The position numbers and the translations under genes are program-made. The notes beneath the pieces were generated by a model, which was not told the origin of the DNA, did no database searches, and saw only the letters and a program-made list of their open reading frames with translations. Below, in pieces: positions 1 to 11,799 of a stretch of 64,000 bases of DNA. Location: assembly GCA_951406725.2 (NCBI GenBank), contig OX597836.1, positions 10,168,001 to 10,232,000 of the forward strand, in the 5' to 3' direction. Position 1 is the stretch's first letter. Each line of letters starts with the position of its first letter. The DNA is from Octopus vulgaris (Eukaryota).

Positions 1-349
1 ACCTACACTTACATATACATGGGCATACCGACATTATTTCATCATGCGGAGATAATCATAGCGTTGCAGATGTTGTTATCAGTTTCCATTGACCTAGCGA
101 TAATAATAAGCTGATAAAAATACGACGATAATAATAATAACGATAATGTCACACCCACGAACTGTCTTCTTTTCTTTACCGAAGAGAAAGAGAACGGTTC
201 TTAGTTTTTTATGATCTTCACCTCTGACATTACAGGAAAGGAGAGACTGTAGGACTTTTAAGCTGTTTTTACTTCGAGGTCCTTCGCCCATCTTTCATCT
301 TCACCTTGGTTGGAAGTCTAACCTGCTAAAACAGCTTCATACGATGTTC

Positions 350-415
<66 letters not shown>

Positions 416-419
<4 letters not shown>

Positions 420-626
420 ATCCAAACAAGAAAGCACAAAAAAACACAACAACGCGAGGACGTGGAACAAATATAGTATTATTGGACGCTCAGGAAAGAA
501 GGAAAGAAGGAGGGTGTAACGTTTCGAGCGGAGCTCTTCGTCGGAAACATAAGAGAAGGAAAGATCCAGAGAAGGGAAGACAGAGGGAAAAAAATCGCCA
601 ACGGTACACACGCGGTCACATTTTGA
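416..626 (-). mobile_element. Penelope-like terminal (pLTR-type) fragment embedded in (TA)n, with hammerhead-like motif
   Basis: The minus strand reads gttt-CCGACGA-agagctccgctc-GAAA-cg-TT-acac. It shares gaagagc..gctcgaa.cgtta and ttcctgagcgt blocks with 21630-22002 and is flanked by (TA)n on both sides. Confidence 0.55.
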
Positions 627-627
627 A

Positions 628-672
<45 letters not shown>

Positions 673-780
673 TATACTTTATTTCTGTAAGAATCTTTTA
701 GTTGTTCTAGAATAATCCATAGAAATCAGATGCGGAAGAAATTCTGGTCTGGAATCGAACTCATCTTACTCTCTCTTTCT

Positions 781-820
<40 letters not shown>

Positions 821-855
821 CTTTCTCATTTTCTCTTTCTGTCTCTCTCGCTCCT

Positions 856-909
<54 letters not shown>

Positions 910-1002
910 CCCCCACTCTTCTCTCATCAAGTGATGTTACCACTCGTTTATGAAACTTGTTGCTAAGCTGCATCCTGCTGCTACTGTTGTTGTCATCGTC
1001 CT

Positions 1003-1753
1003 CGTCGGAATTTCCAGATCCACCGTTGACACAAGCTTACGCTTTTTCCCGGTCTCCATATACTGCATTAACATTCCTCGCACTTTCCGTTGCGTTGTTG
1101 CTTTTATTGAAATTATAAAGCGAAATATGCCGAATATGCTCCTTTGTCACTTCCATTATAGCTTTGAAAAAAAATAACTTAAAATCAAACTGCACTCTTC
1201 AAAATTTGCACTAATAATAAGTAAAAGGTAAAACTATTACCTGCTTTTATAGCAAGTAGATGCAGGTAGTTTATCCCAACACCCTCCCGACTTTTAGTTC
1301 ATGCAATTGAAAAAACCGCATTATTTACGGTATACTCTTTACTTGTTTCAGTCATTTGACTGCGGCCATGCTGGAGCACCGCCTTTAATCGAGCAACTCG
1401 ACCCCGGGACTTATTCTTTTTTACGCCCAGTACATATTCTATCGGTCTCTTTTGCCGAACCGCTAAGTAACGGGGACGTAAACACACCAGCATCGGTTGT
1501 CAAGCAATGCTAGGGGGACAAACACAGACACACAAACATACACGCACACACACACATATATATATATACATATATACGACGGGCTTCTTTCAGTTTCCAT
1601 CTACCAAATCCACTCACAAGGCATTGGTCGGCCCGGGGCTATTGCAGAAGACACTTGCCCAAGATGCCACGCAGTGGGACTGAACCCGGAACCATGTGGT
1701 TGGTTAGCAAGCTACTTACCACACAGCCACTCCTGCGCCTATATGACCCAATA
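1003..1753 (-). mobile_element. Mariner (Tc1/mariner) 5' remnant: TIR plus decayed transposase N-terminus, TIR split by a SINE-A insertion
   Basis: Minus-strand ATG at 1156 gives MEVTKEHIRHISLYNFNKSNNATESARNVNAVYGDR, then after a frameshift CQRW..KFR, matching the mariner N-terminal HTH. The TIR halves aaaaaccgcattattta (about 1311-1327) and atgacccaaTA (1743-1753) lie either side of the SINE. Confidence 0.8.
1333..1740 (-). mobile_element. tRNA-headed SINE family A, full length
   Basis: Head with A-box-like TGGCTGTGTGG and B-box-like GGTTCAGTCC, a cttgggcaagtgtctt body, internal (TA)n(TG)n, and tail ggcggtgctccagcatggccgcagtcaaatgactgaaacaagtaaa. More than 25 related copies occur in the window. 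Confidence 0.9.
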
Positions 1754-1760
1754 TTTATCG

Positions 1761-1900
1761 CAATGGTTCTCAAACATTTTTTTACCTATGACCACCTTCG
1801 ATTACTGTTTTATGCTGGTGGTCCCCTATAGCCATATGATGTTTACAAACTATTTTATAGAAACTTCTTTCAAAATTTTCCTGAATTTTTCGGTCAGAAA
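1761..1900. mobile_element. hAT-type MITE fragment (one end)
   Basis: Begins caatggttctcaa and aligns by eye with 40187-40442. Confidence 0.45.
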
Positions 1901-1960
1901 CTCGTTAAATTATTTAAAATTTTAGAGAAAGTAGCTTAGCTGATTTTCGCAAGAAATACT

Positions 1961-2268
<308 letters not shown>

Positions 2269-2270
2269 TT

Positions 2271-2487
2271 ACTTGGCTGTAGAAATGAGCTGCGGTCTCA
2301 CTGGTGCCAAGCTGTATCGGCCGTTGCCTTTCCCTTGGATAACATTGGTGGCATGGAGAGGGGAGACCGGTATGCACGGGTGACTGCTGGTCTTCCATAA
2401 GCAAACTTGCCCGGATAGTATCTAGGAGGGGAACTTCCTAGGTGCAATCCTATGGTCATTTATGACTGAAGGGGATCTTTACCCTTT
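2271..2487 (+). mobile_element. SINE family D, 5'-truncated
   Basis: Aligns with the 3' two-thirds of 21031-21353 (ctgtagaaatgag...ggtgcaatcc). Confidence 0.8.
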
Positions 2488-2814
2488 TATCAAAAAAAAA
2501 AAAAAAAAAAAAAATTTAAGTTTCTGGGCCGTAATTACTTGTTTTTATTAACTAACCTAAATAAAATACCCGGGAGAATTGTTAACAGATGTTATTTTTA
2601 TGCAATTTTTTTTTCCGTAGATAGAAATCAGTGCGACTGGTTTCAGAACTTAGTAGGACCTCTTCAGGAAATAAAAACTGCTCATAAAGAGATTTTAATT
2701 AAAAAAGCAATTAGTTACAGTTGTTAGATTTATTTTTGTTTCATTTAGTGTTATTAGACTCTCTGTATTCACTGAATCTAAAAATCTTAAGTTTACTCTC
2801 AAGTGCATCGTAGA

Positions 2815-2835
2815 ATGCATATATATATGTATATG

Positions 2836-2867
<32 letters not shown>

Positions 2868-3430
2868 TGTATGTATGTATGTATGTATGTATGTATGTAT
2901 GTATGTCTGTCTGTCTGTATGTCTGTCTGTATGTATGCATGCATGTATGTATGTATGTATGTATGTATGTATGTATGTATGTATGTATGAATGTATGTAT
3001 GTAATGTATGTATGTGTGTATGTATGTATGTGTGTATGTGTATGTTTGTATGTATGTATGTATGTAATGTATGTATGTATGAATGTATGTATGAATGTAT
3101 GTATGTAATGTATGTATGTATGTGTGCATGTGTATATGTTTGTATGTGTATATGTTTGTATGTGTGTGCATATATATATATATATGTATATATATACATG
3201 TATACATATATGTATTTATACTTATGTGTGTATATATACACCTGTGTATAATGTATATATATATGTATGTGTATATACATATACATGTATATATATGTAT
3301 GTGTATATATACATGTGTATATATACATGTACATATTATATGTATATATATATATATATACATATGTATGTGTATTTATATATACATGTATATATGTGTG
3401 TGTATGTATATAAGAATATGCATATATACG
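2815..3430. repeat. Compound (TATG)n/(TA)n/(TG)n microsatellite field
   Basis: Directly visible and representative of many similar fields (16180-16940, 22850-23210, 48845-50510, 59240-59510, 60140-60750). Confidence 0.95.
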
Positions 3431-3499
3431 CACACCTGTTTATAATTATAATTTACGATAATTACCTGCTAACGATTTTTGCAGATAATAATGGTTTCA

Positions 3500-3870
3500 A
3501 ATTTTACAAGGGCAACAATTTTTTGGTGGAGGGGATGAGTCGATTACAACAACCCTGAGGGGACGAAAGGCAAAGTTGACCGTGGAAGAATTTGAACTCA
3601 GAACGGAATGACAGGCGAAAGAGTGCTAAACATTTCATCCAGCGTGCTAACGATTCTTTTCTACTCTAGGCATAAGACTCGAAATTTTAGGAGAGTGAGG
3701 CCAGTCGATCGGATCGACCCCAGTACACAACTGGTACTTAATTTATCAATCCCGAAAGAATGAAAGGCAAAGTCAACCTCGGCGGACTTTGAACTTAGAA
3801 CGTAAAGACGAATGAAATGTCCCTAAGTATTTTGCCCAGCGTGCTTAACGATTCTGCCAACCCACCGTCT
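3500..3870 (-). mobile_element. SINE family B, diverged head-to-tail dimer (tail type B2)
   Basis: Two copies of the aaaggcaaagt.gacc..gg..gaa.ttgaact core, joined at gctaacgattct|ttttctactctagg. Confidence 0.75.
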
Positions 3871-3926
<56 letters not shown>

Positions 3927-3930
<4 letters not shown>

Positions 3931-5175
3931 TCTTTATTGGCCACAAGGGTTTCCATTAAGAGAAAAAACATTATGGACGGCACAAGGCAAACAAAAGAAT
4001 GTGTGTGTGTGTATGGGTGTAAGTGTGTGTTGTTGTGAGGGTTTTCTTGTAAACAAGACTTAACAACATTCTAAAAACTCAATAATGTGTAATCCTCAAT
4101 CGGGAGAAGACGTCCGAGGGCTGCTCATGGAAAATCGTATAAAAAACCCATGAGTATCCTGACTTTGGGGGCAGGTGCCTTTTTTCTTTCTTTTTTTTTT
4201 GCAACTACAGTCGTATGCTCAGGGCAAGCCCGTTCACTCGCACCATTCTCGCCACTTTCATCCACCCTTCAGCAAACTGACCAGAAGACATCACTTCCCT
4301 CTCTACCCTTATTTTCTTTTTCAAGTGAAACTTGCAGAAGTTCATCAGGGATTGGACAAAAAGAAAATTTTTTGTCTTCAGCCCCTTCAATCTCGTCCAC
4401 CATACAACCTCTTTCGCCATGGCCACCATGCATATAAAAACAGGCTTTCCTTCCTGGTTAAAGGAAGGCGGTGGGGCGATCTTCACGATGGATTCAGTTG
4501 ACAGTCGGATCCGTCCCACACGCGACAGCGGACGTTCAACGTAAACCCACAGAACAGCAATGTTCGGACACTGGACGAGTGCATGCAGGACCGTCTCGTC
4601 ACTATCCATCGGTCCCAGCCTGAAAGTTCTTCGGAAAAGAGCGACTAGCTGATTTTCTTCGACACTCAAGGTCTCCTCAAGAACGTCGTCGCACTTTTCA
4701 GTCACAAATCATCTATATATATAAAGCTGAAGTTGTCTGCGTGTGGCAGGTTTGGTAGCCTTCAACTAACACTATCTCCTCCGAGACCCTGCGGCGAAAG
4801 TTGACCAAATTTGAGATTCTTCATTCCGTAGAAGAAAAAATTCAAATCGGATCATGTTAACACCAAAAATTATTTACATCAAAAAGGTGCTTTTTTTTTT
4901 CTATGAAAATCCCTATTTTTTACGATTTTTTGACTGCTGTGTCGCCATTTTTTGGTGTATTTCAGCCAGAAAAATGTTCACTTAAAGAGAATAACAAGCT
5001 ACATAATGCAAAGTTTTTTTCTTTACAAAAATTCCAATTCTAAAGTAAAGGCTCGAAACAAACCCGGGCAACGCCGGGCGATACTGCTAGTCCTCTACAA
5101 AATGCTAAAGCGGACTTTCCATCTATCGCTCTGTCCGGTTGGCTGAGGGCTATGGGCGCTTAAAGACATTCCACT
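3927..5175 (-). mobile_element. L1/Tx1-clade LINE 3' fragment (ORF2 C-terminus plus 3' UTR), interrupted by a Helitron
   Basis: ORF 4205-4705 contains ETVLHALVQCP (H..C half of the CCHC knuckle, CxxC half apparently deleted) and AKEVVWWTR. The 3' UTR ends cccttgtggccAATAAAgaaag followed by (TTA)n. Coding-like sequence resumes at 5091-5175 beyond the Helitron. Confidence 0.75.
4712..5090 (+). mobile_element. Non-autonomous Helitron
   Basis: 5' A|TCtatatatataaa; 3' hairpin cccgg-gcaacg-ccggg, then ctgCTAG|T. No TSD. Confidence 0.85.
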
Positions 5176-5353
5176 TTCCAAATGCCCCCCCCTTCTGTCT
5201 CTGTTTTACCCAGGGCTGCAGCTCCGTTAATCAAACTAGCTGCAGAATAATAATGATAATAATAATGGAGAGATTGGGAGGGTATTTACTTGAAGAAGAG
5301 AGACAGAGGGCGACAAAATGACTGCTTATGGAAAGAACATGGAAAGAGACGGA

Positions 5354-5400
<47 letters not shown>

Positions 5401-5627
5401 TTGAGAGTATGAAGAGAGGAAAGCGAAAGAGATGAAATGACGTGTGTATGAGAGAATGGTAAGAGGCTGAGAGATAGAGACGGAGTCAGAGATAGAGAGG
5501 GTGGGGCAGTAAAGTTTAGCTTTCACTGTGTGAGAGGGAGAATTTTTTCATACTGTTGGTCTTTGATTCAATTGTACCATCAATCGTAGGAACATACCCA
5601 CACCACATGGTTAATATTACCAACTGC

Positions 5628-5790
5628 ACTTGGCTGAGGTAACCCCCACCCCCACCTCCGCCTACCCGTCCGTCCGTCCGCCCACCCGCACCCACCCCAA
5701 CGCCCTCATTTCCCTACTTGGCTGAGGTAATCCCCCCTCCGCCTACCCGTCCGCCCACCCACCCGTACCTCCAACGCCTTCATTTCCCTA
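5628..5790. repeat. Local two-copy direct repeat (about 87 bp and 75 bp, C-rich)
   Basis: acttggctgaggtaa...ctccgcctacccgtccg...caacgcc.tcatttcccta occurs twice. Confidence 0.8.
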
Positions 5791-7539
5791 TCCCCCACAG
5801 AAACACGTATACACCACCGCACAATACCACACCATGATATAGTATATACATACCTACCACCCGTCAGTTCCACCCTCTATCCACCCGAGCAACATTTGCT
5901 TTGCTTGTTGCATCTGTATGATTAGTGAAAAAAAAAGGGGTCTTTTACTCTTCTTATTCTTTCCTATTCCATCTTAGAGGATTTCTTCTCGTAACGGCGA
6001 GCACTCTTTGTATGTTTTCTTGTGTGTTTTTTTTGTGTTTTATTTTTCTCTTTCTCTCTCTCTCTCTCTTCTTTAACTTCATTTCACTCTCCACTTGCCT
6101 TAAGCAGTGTAAATGAAAAAATAAAATGAAAAATATATATATATATATAAAAAAGAATAATAAAACACCACCCCACCACTTCCCTCCGAATTCCCTTCGC
6201 CTGCAAGTATGTTTATTTAATTATGAATAAATAAACACAGTCTCCTAGCGAGGTACTTTGATCGACGTGAAAGAGCGGCAGTAGGGGGAAAAAACCCGAC
6301 AGGGATATGTTACGGTGGTGTGATAGAGAGAGAGAAAGAGACAGAGAGAGAGAGGGGGTAGGAGGGAGAGAGAGAGAGAGAGAAAGAGACAGAGAGGAAG
6401 AGGGAGAGAGAGACCGCGGTAAAGAGGGAGAGAGAGAGAGACAGAAAGAGGCAGAGAGAGAGAGAGGTAGATGGTCATAGACAGAAAGATAGCTATAAAT
6501 GCAGAGACAGAAAAAAGGTGAGGAAGAAAGAAAGAAAGAATGAAAGAAAGAAAGAAAGAAGTACAATAATAGAAAGGGTCCCACTGAAATCGGAAACTGA
6601 AATTAGATTAAAAATGGTTTACCATAGCTAGGTACCCCCCCCCCCACTCCAACCCCTTAATTTTTTTTTTTTTTGTCTTTTACAGCTGAGTTCAGCTCAC
6701 GGAATTTGTAACATTATTTTTTCAGAAATTCTTCCGAGCTAATTTCTGTTGAATATCTGTTATGTGACTTCATCTTTGTAACGGGTATTTGAACAACTAG
6801 TGGCGGAGGCGGCGGTGGTGGCGGTGGTAGTAGTAGTAGTAGTAGTGGTTGTGGTGGTGGTGATGATGGTGGAGGTGACAGTGGTGTGTCCTTGTACGTT
6901 CCATCCCTCCCGGTGCCGATCTATAAATGAAGAATACCGACAATGTTTCGGATTTTGTGCATATAATCTGGTGGATGGATCAAAGGAAATCAAGCAGCAG
7001 AGATTAAAAGCCAGAAGATGCCGTTAATTGTCATTCATTGTATGTGTGTGTGTGTGTGTGTGCATGTGCGTGTGTGTGTGTGTGTGTGTGAGCGCTCGGA
7101 TTCTATAGCAAAGTTGATTTCAGGGTTTTCTCTTTAACTTCTATCAGGAAAAAAAAAATTCATTTTAGTAATTAACAAAATGATAAAATAAAAAGTAACA
7201 AATAAAAAAATAAAAATAGAGGATAAAATAGATCGACAGCCTTTCAGCAATTATGTCTTTATTATCGATTACTGATGATTTTTGTCAATTATTAACGATT
7301 GCTTGCTCACCGTTCACTTTCAGTCGGTGCAGTTTATTTCACTTTGTCCGCCATATCAAACGCACAAAGTTCCAATGTCTGCCAGCCATATACTGCGACA
7401 CAACTAACTACACACCAACCGTTTCTACGAATAGGGATATGTGTAGCAACATAGGACAGGCCCACATATGTTATGTATACGTATGCGCGTCTGCTTGATG
7501 TTGCAGGTAGGAGAAATTGAACACAATATACAAAAGTAG

Positions 7540-7832
7540 GTGGAGGCGCAATGGCCCAGTGGTTAGGGCAGCGGACTCGCGGTTTCGATTCCCAGACCGG
7601 CCGTTGTGTGTGTTTATTGGGCGAAAACACCTAAAGCTCCACGAGGCTCCTGCAGAGGGTGGTGGTGACCCTTGTTGTACTCTTTTGCCCCAACTTTCTC
7701 TCACTCTCTCTTCCTGTTTCTTGAGTAACGCTGCGATGGACTGGCGTCCCGTCCAGCTGGGGGGAACACATACGCCATGGAAACCGGGAAACCGGGCCCA
7801 TGAGCCTGGCTAGGCATGAAAAGGGCAAAGAG
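7540..7832 (+). mobile_element. tRNA-headed SINE family C with alternative (V-like) tail
   Basis: A-box TGGCCCAGTGG, B-box GTTTCGATTCC, and a 12-bp TSD atacaaaagtag (7528-7539 and 7833-7844). Confidence 0.9.
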
Positions 7833-7850
7833 ATACAAAAGTAGACCATG

Positions 7851-8022
7851 TACTTGGAGTGCTGAAAAATTTCTAGCTTTAGGTAAAAGAAAACCCCAGA
7901 AAAAATACAGGATTGATCAGCTAATTATGATTATTTTCAACATATTCCCCTCTCAGATTCACACTCTTATTGTCCTTCAGTTTTTCTAAGCCCTGTAAAG
8001 AACCTTAAAGCCAGGAACTGAA
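7851..8022. mobile_element. Degenerate Tc1/mariner-type MITE
   Basis: Imperfect inverted ends gtgctgaaaaatttctagcttta and taaagccaggaact. Confidence 0.4.
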
Positions 8023-8291
8023 AATATATTGGTGTACGTATTCATGAGTTAAGTTTGATATGTATAACAAGTAAAAAAAAAAAGGGACAGAAGGAAAAAT
8101 AGGATCACATATTGTTTGTAGTCTTTTGTATAGAAAAAAGGTTTTAGCGTCTACATTTTTGTGTGTGTTGTGACTAAAAGAGGTTTTGTAATAGAAGAAA
8201 AAAATGTCATATCTAACTGACCAGAATCCGGTTTGCGCTGATGTTCAGTTTACCCCTGTTTTGGGTAATTTTTCCATATGTAAATGAATAA

Positions 8292-8552
8292 GTGTGGAGG
8301 CGTGTGGATTAGGGGTTAAGGTGTTGAACTCATGATCGTAAGGTTGTAGTTTCGATTCCTGGACCGGGCGACGCGTTGTGTTCTTGAGCAAAACACTTCA
8401 TTTCACGTTGCTCCAGTCCACTCAGCTGGCAAAAATGAGTAATCCTGCGACGGACTGGCGTCCCATCCAGGTGGGGAATTTCTACGCCACTGAAACCGGG
8501 AAACCGGCCCTTATGAGCCTGGCATGGCTCGAGAAGGAACATTTATTTATTT
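8292..8552 (+). mobile_element. tRNA-headed SINE: D-type head and body with V-like tail
   Basis: B-box GTTTCGATTCC, ttcttgagcaaaacactt body, cctgcgacggactggcgtcccatccag tail, and an 11-bp TSD taaatgaataa. Confidence 0.85.
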
Positions 8553-8846
8553 TAAATGAATAATTAGATATGTGGCTAATGATATTTCGAAAACAAACGT
8601 TGTAACGTTTCTTTCGTCGCTTTTCACCTGAAATAACGGTTTTCGGTCCTTATAAGAGAAGGGTTTTCTGTCACCAGAAATTGTCTCTCCAGTCTTTTGG
8701 TGAGGTTATTATAATAGTTATTAGTGTTGGTGTCGTTGTCTTTGTTGCTATCCGTCTAAGTCCAGTGCGGTGGTGCGTGATGTGGTAAATCTATGGTAAG
8801 GATTGTAACTCTGTTTCACTCCACATACGCATTCAGAGGTGTGTGA

Positions 8847-10185
8847 ATGTATGTATGTATGTATGTATGTATGTATGTATGTATGTATGTATGTATGTAT
8901 GTATGTGTGTGTGTGTGTGTGTGTGTACGTATCTCAGGTCACTTTCGAGTGCTACTGGTAACATGTAACCCAGTACAACCTGTTGCATGGTCGGGCCGTC
9001 GGCGACTAAACCGGCAACCCCACCAAGCATGCTTGGTGAGGAGGGTGTTTATTGGACACCCTGCGGGATGAAAAACAAAACCCGTCAAAGGGCGGAGGAA
9101 CTCTTGAGAGTCAACGGCCATCCAATAAATGTCTTAAGGCTGTATCATGTGCGGGGACATAGAAATAATCGTACTGAATATCCGATCGCGCGGTTAAACC
9201 ATTGGGAGTGAAGGACTCCTAGCCTTTGTTAGGGCATCCTTCTAGGAGAAGGTAACTCAAGTAACTGGGATAACTCCGACATAAAACCTGCGGCTCAGTG
9301 GCTACCGATGATGTTGACTTGTTCTTCTTTTCGGATTATGGCTGCTGTTGCTTAGTGAGTGGGATTGACTCAGTGCACAGCCTTTCCTCACTTTAAAAAA
9401 ATCTTTTTGCACAGGCATTGCACGATAACGACATTGATTAAGCTTCGTGCAATGGCCATACTCGATAACGAGGGAGCAGCCACCATGTATGTATGTATGT
9501 ATGTATGTATGTATGTATGTATGTATGTATGTATGTATGTGTGTGTGTGTGTGTGTGTGTACGTATGTCAGGTCACTTTCAAGTGCTACTGGTAACATGT
9601 AACCCAGTACAACCTGTTGCATGGTCGGGCCGTCGGCGACTAAACCGGCAACCCCACCAAGCATGCTTGGTGAGGAGGGTGTTTATTGGACACCCTGCGG
9701 GATGAAAAACAAAACCCGTCAAAGGGCGGAGGAACTCTTGAGAGTCAACGGCCATCCAATAAATGTCTTAAGGCTGTATCATGTGCGGGGACATAGAAAT
9801 AATCGTACTGAATATCCGATCGCGCGGTTAAACCATTGGGAGTGAAGGACTCCTAGCCTTTGTTAGGGCATCCTTCTAGGAGAAGGTAACTCAAGTAACT
9901 GGGATAACTCCGACATAAAACCTGCGGCTCAGTGGCTACCGATGATGTTGACTTGTTCTTCTTTTCGGATTATGGCTGCTGTTGCTTAGTGAGTGGGATT
10001 GACTCAGTGCACAGCCTTTCCTCACTTTAAAAAAATCTTTTTGCACAGGCATTGCACGATAACGACATTGATTAAGCTTCGTGCAATGGCCATACTCGAT
10101 AACGAGGGAGCAGCCACCATGTATGTATGTATGTATGTATGTATGTATGTATGTATGTATGTATGTATGTATGTATTTATGTATG
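8847..10185 (+). repeat. Tandem duplication, 634-bp period; unit resembles an RTE-clade LINE 5' UTR bounded by (TATG)n
   Basis: 8926-9485 and 9560-10119 are near-identical (I saw 2 substitutions). agggcatccttctaggagaaggtaactc resembles, from memory, a block found in RTE 5' UTRs. The duplication is certain and the RTE call is tentative. Confidence 0.7.
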
Positions 10186-10439
10186 TAAATTTTTACAAGA
10201 AAAACATTGGCGGTGTCTTCGAGATTTCGGCTTGTTCATCGGTATCTGTGGTGCATCTCTTTGGTATAATGGGTTTTGCACTCAAACCGTTCACCAGAGA
10301 AGTGGTTCAATTCTCGTAAGCGATCTTGCCCACTTCATTTCATCTTTGCTCTGCTTGTGAATATACATAAATAATAACTATTTATATTACATTATATCAT
10401 ACATACATATACATCTATATACACTCACACGTACACACA

Positions 10440-10720
10440 CATATATGTTGGACATGTGAAGCGCAACCACGTGCATTTTTTTTGGCTCTTTTTTTTTTCT
10501 TCATCTCCTTCTTCTCTTCCATTTTTTTCCAGTTTTTTTTTCTGGACTTTCCTCTGATGTCTGAAGAAAGTTCATTGTCCGAAGCGTTATAACTTTTTCT
10601 CTTTCCATTCTTCTTTGCGCACCAATCTCATAATATTGTGAACATCTCTTGTACTTTTGCTCTTTTTATTGTTATTTGTATTAACTTTTTCTCTCTTTCT
10701 TTCTATTTTTCTTTTGTTTA
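10440..10720 (+). mobile_element. Decayed Penelope-like terminal fragment
   Basis: Pyrimidine-rich layout like 416-626 (reverse complement), with tgt-CTGAAGA-...-GAAG-cg-TT-ata at 10558-10591. Confidence 0.35.
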
Positions 10721-11179
10721 CCTAACTCTTCTTAATAAATGTATAAAAATACGGACAGCATCCGAAAACGTCTTTGAAGAAAAAATCACTTGTGACAGGA
10801 ATTGTGACAAAATACAGGTTTCTTTTTGGAAAGCAACTGGTTAATACTAATAACATATCAGACACTTGTCCAAGACAGAAAATAAATATTCCTAACTACA
10901 AATAGTTCCGAAAATGGAAGATCGTCTGCTTATTGTATGCTTTCACTTTGATTTCTTTATAATTTCTGGCATCTCTCCTATTTTTTTTTATTTTTTTTAG
11001 CTCAATCGTCTTCTGATCGCTGTCTTGTTTACGAATTCTATGACTTTTGATTTCGTTTGCTCTGATCTTAGATTTTTCTCGCTTCTTAGGGATGTCACTC
11101 ATTCGAGAGATGATTTCCGGAAATCACTTGTGTTTACACCACCTTAAACACTGCAACAAAGGACGATAGGGAAATACGT

Positions 11180-11288
<109 letters not shown>

Positions 11289-11290
11289 GT

Positions 11291-11508
11291 GGCGGCGAGC
11301 TGGCAGAAACGTTAGCACGAGCGGGCGAAATGCGAAGCCGTATTTCGTCTGCCGTTACGTTCTGAATTCAAATTTCGCCGAGGTCGACTTTGCCTTTCAT
11401 CCTTTCGGGGTCGATTAAATAAGTACCAGTTACGCACTGGGGTCGATGTAATCGACTTAATCCGTTTGTCTGTCCTTGTTTGTCCTCTCTGTGGGTAATA
11501 AAGAAATA
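11291..11508 (+). mobile_element. SINE family B (tail B1, small deletion)
   Basis: Head ggcggcgagctggcagaaacgttagc, B-box-like g(a/g)ttcaaat, core gtcgactttgcctttcatcctttcggggtcgat, tail gtgggtaataaagaaata. Confidence 0.9.
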
Positions 11509-11518
11509 TGTATGTATG

Positions 11519-11598
<80 letters not shown>

Positions 11599-11735
11599 AT
11601 ATATATTAGAAGAAATGAGGTAATCAGAAGATCGGATGGTTTATATTTACAGATATTTATTTATATATTACATTTTTTACATATATATCATATCACTTAG
11701 ATCATTAGCGCTTTCTCCCATTCTAGTGGGGTTTT

Positions 11736-11797
<62 letters not shown>

Positions 11798-11799
<2 letters not shown>

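Noticed and set aside
1003-1156. SETMAR gene
   Set aside because: Only the mariner HTH is present, frameshifted, with no SET domain.
10200-11120. Host exons in unique patches (also 60765-61060 and 62200-62500)
   Set aside because: No recognisable protein motif, and frames are short or interrupted. Small exons cannot be excluded without transcripts.
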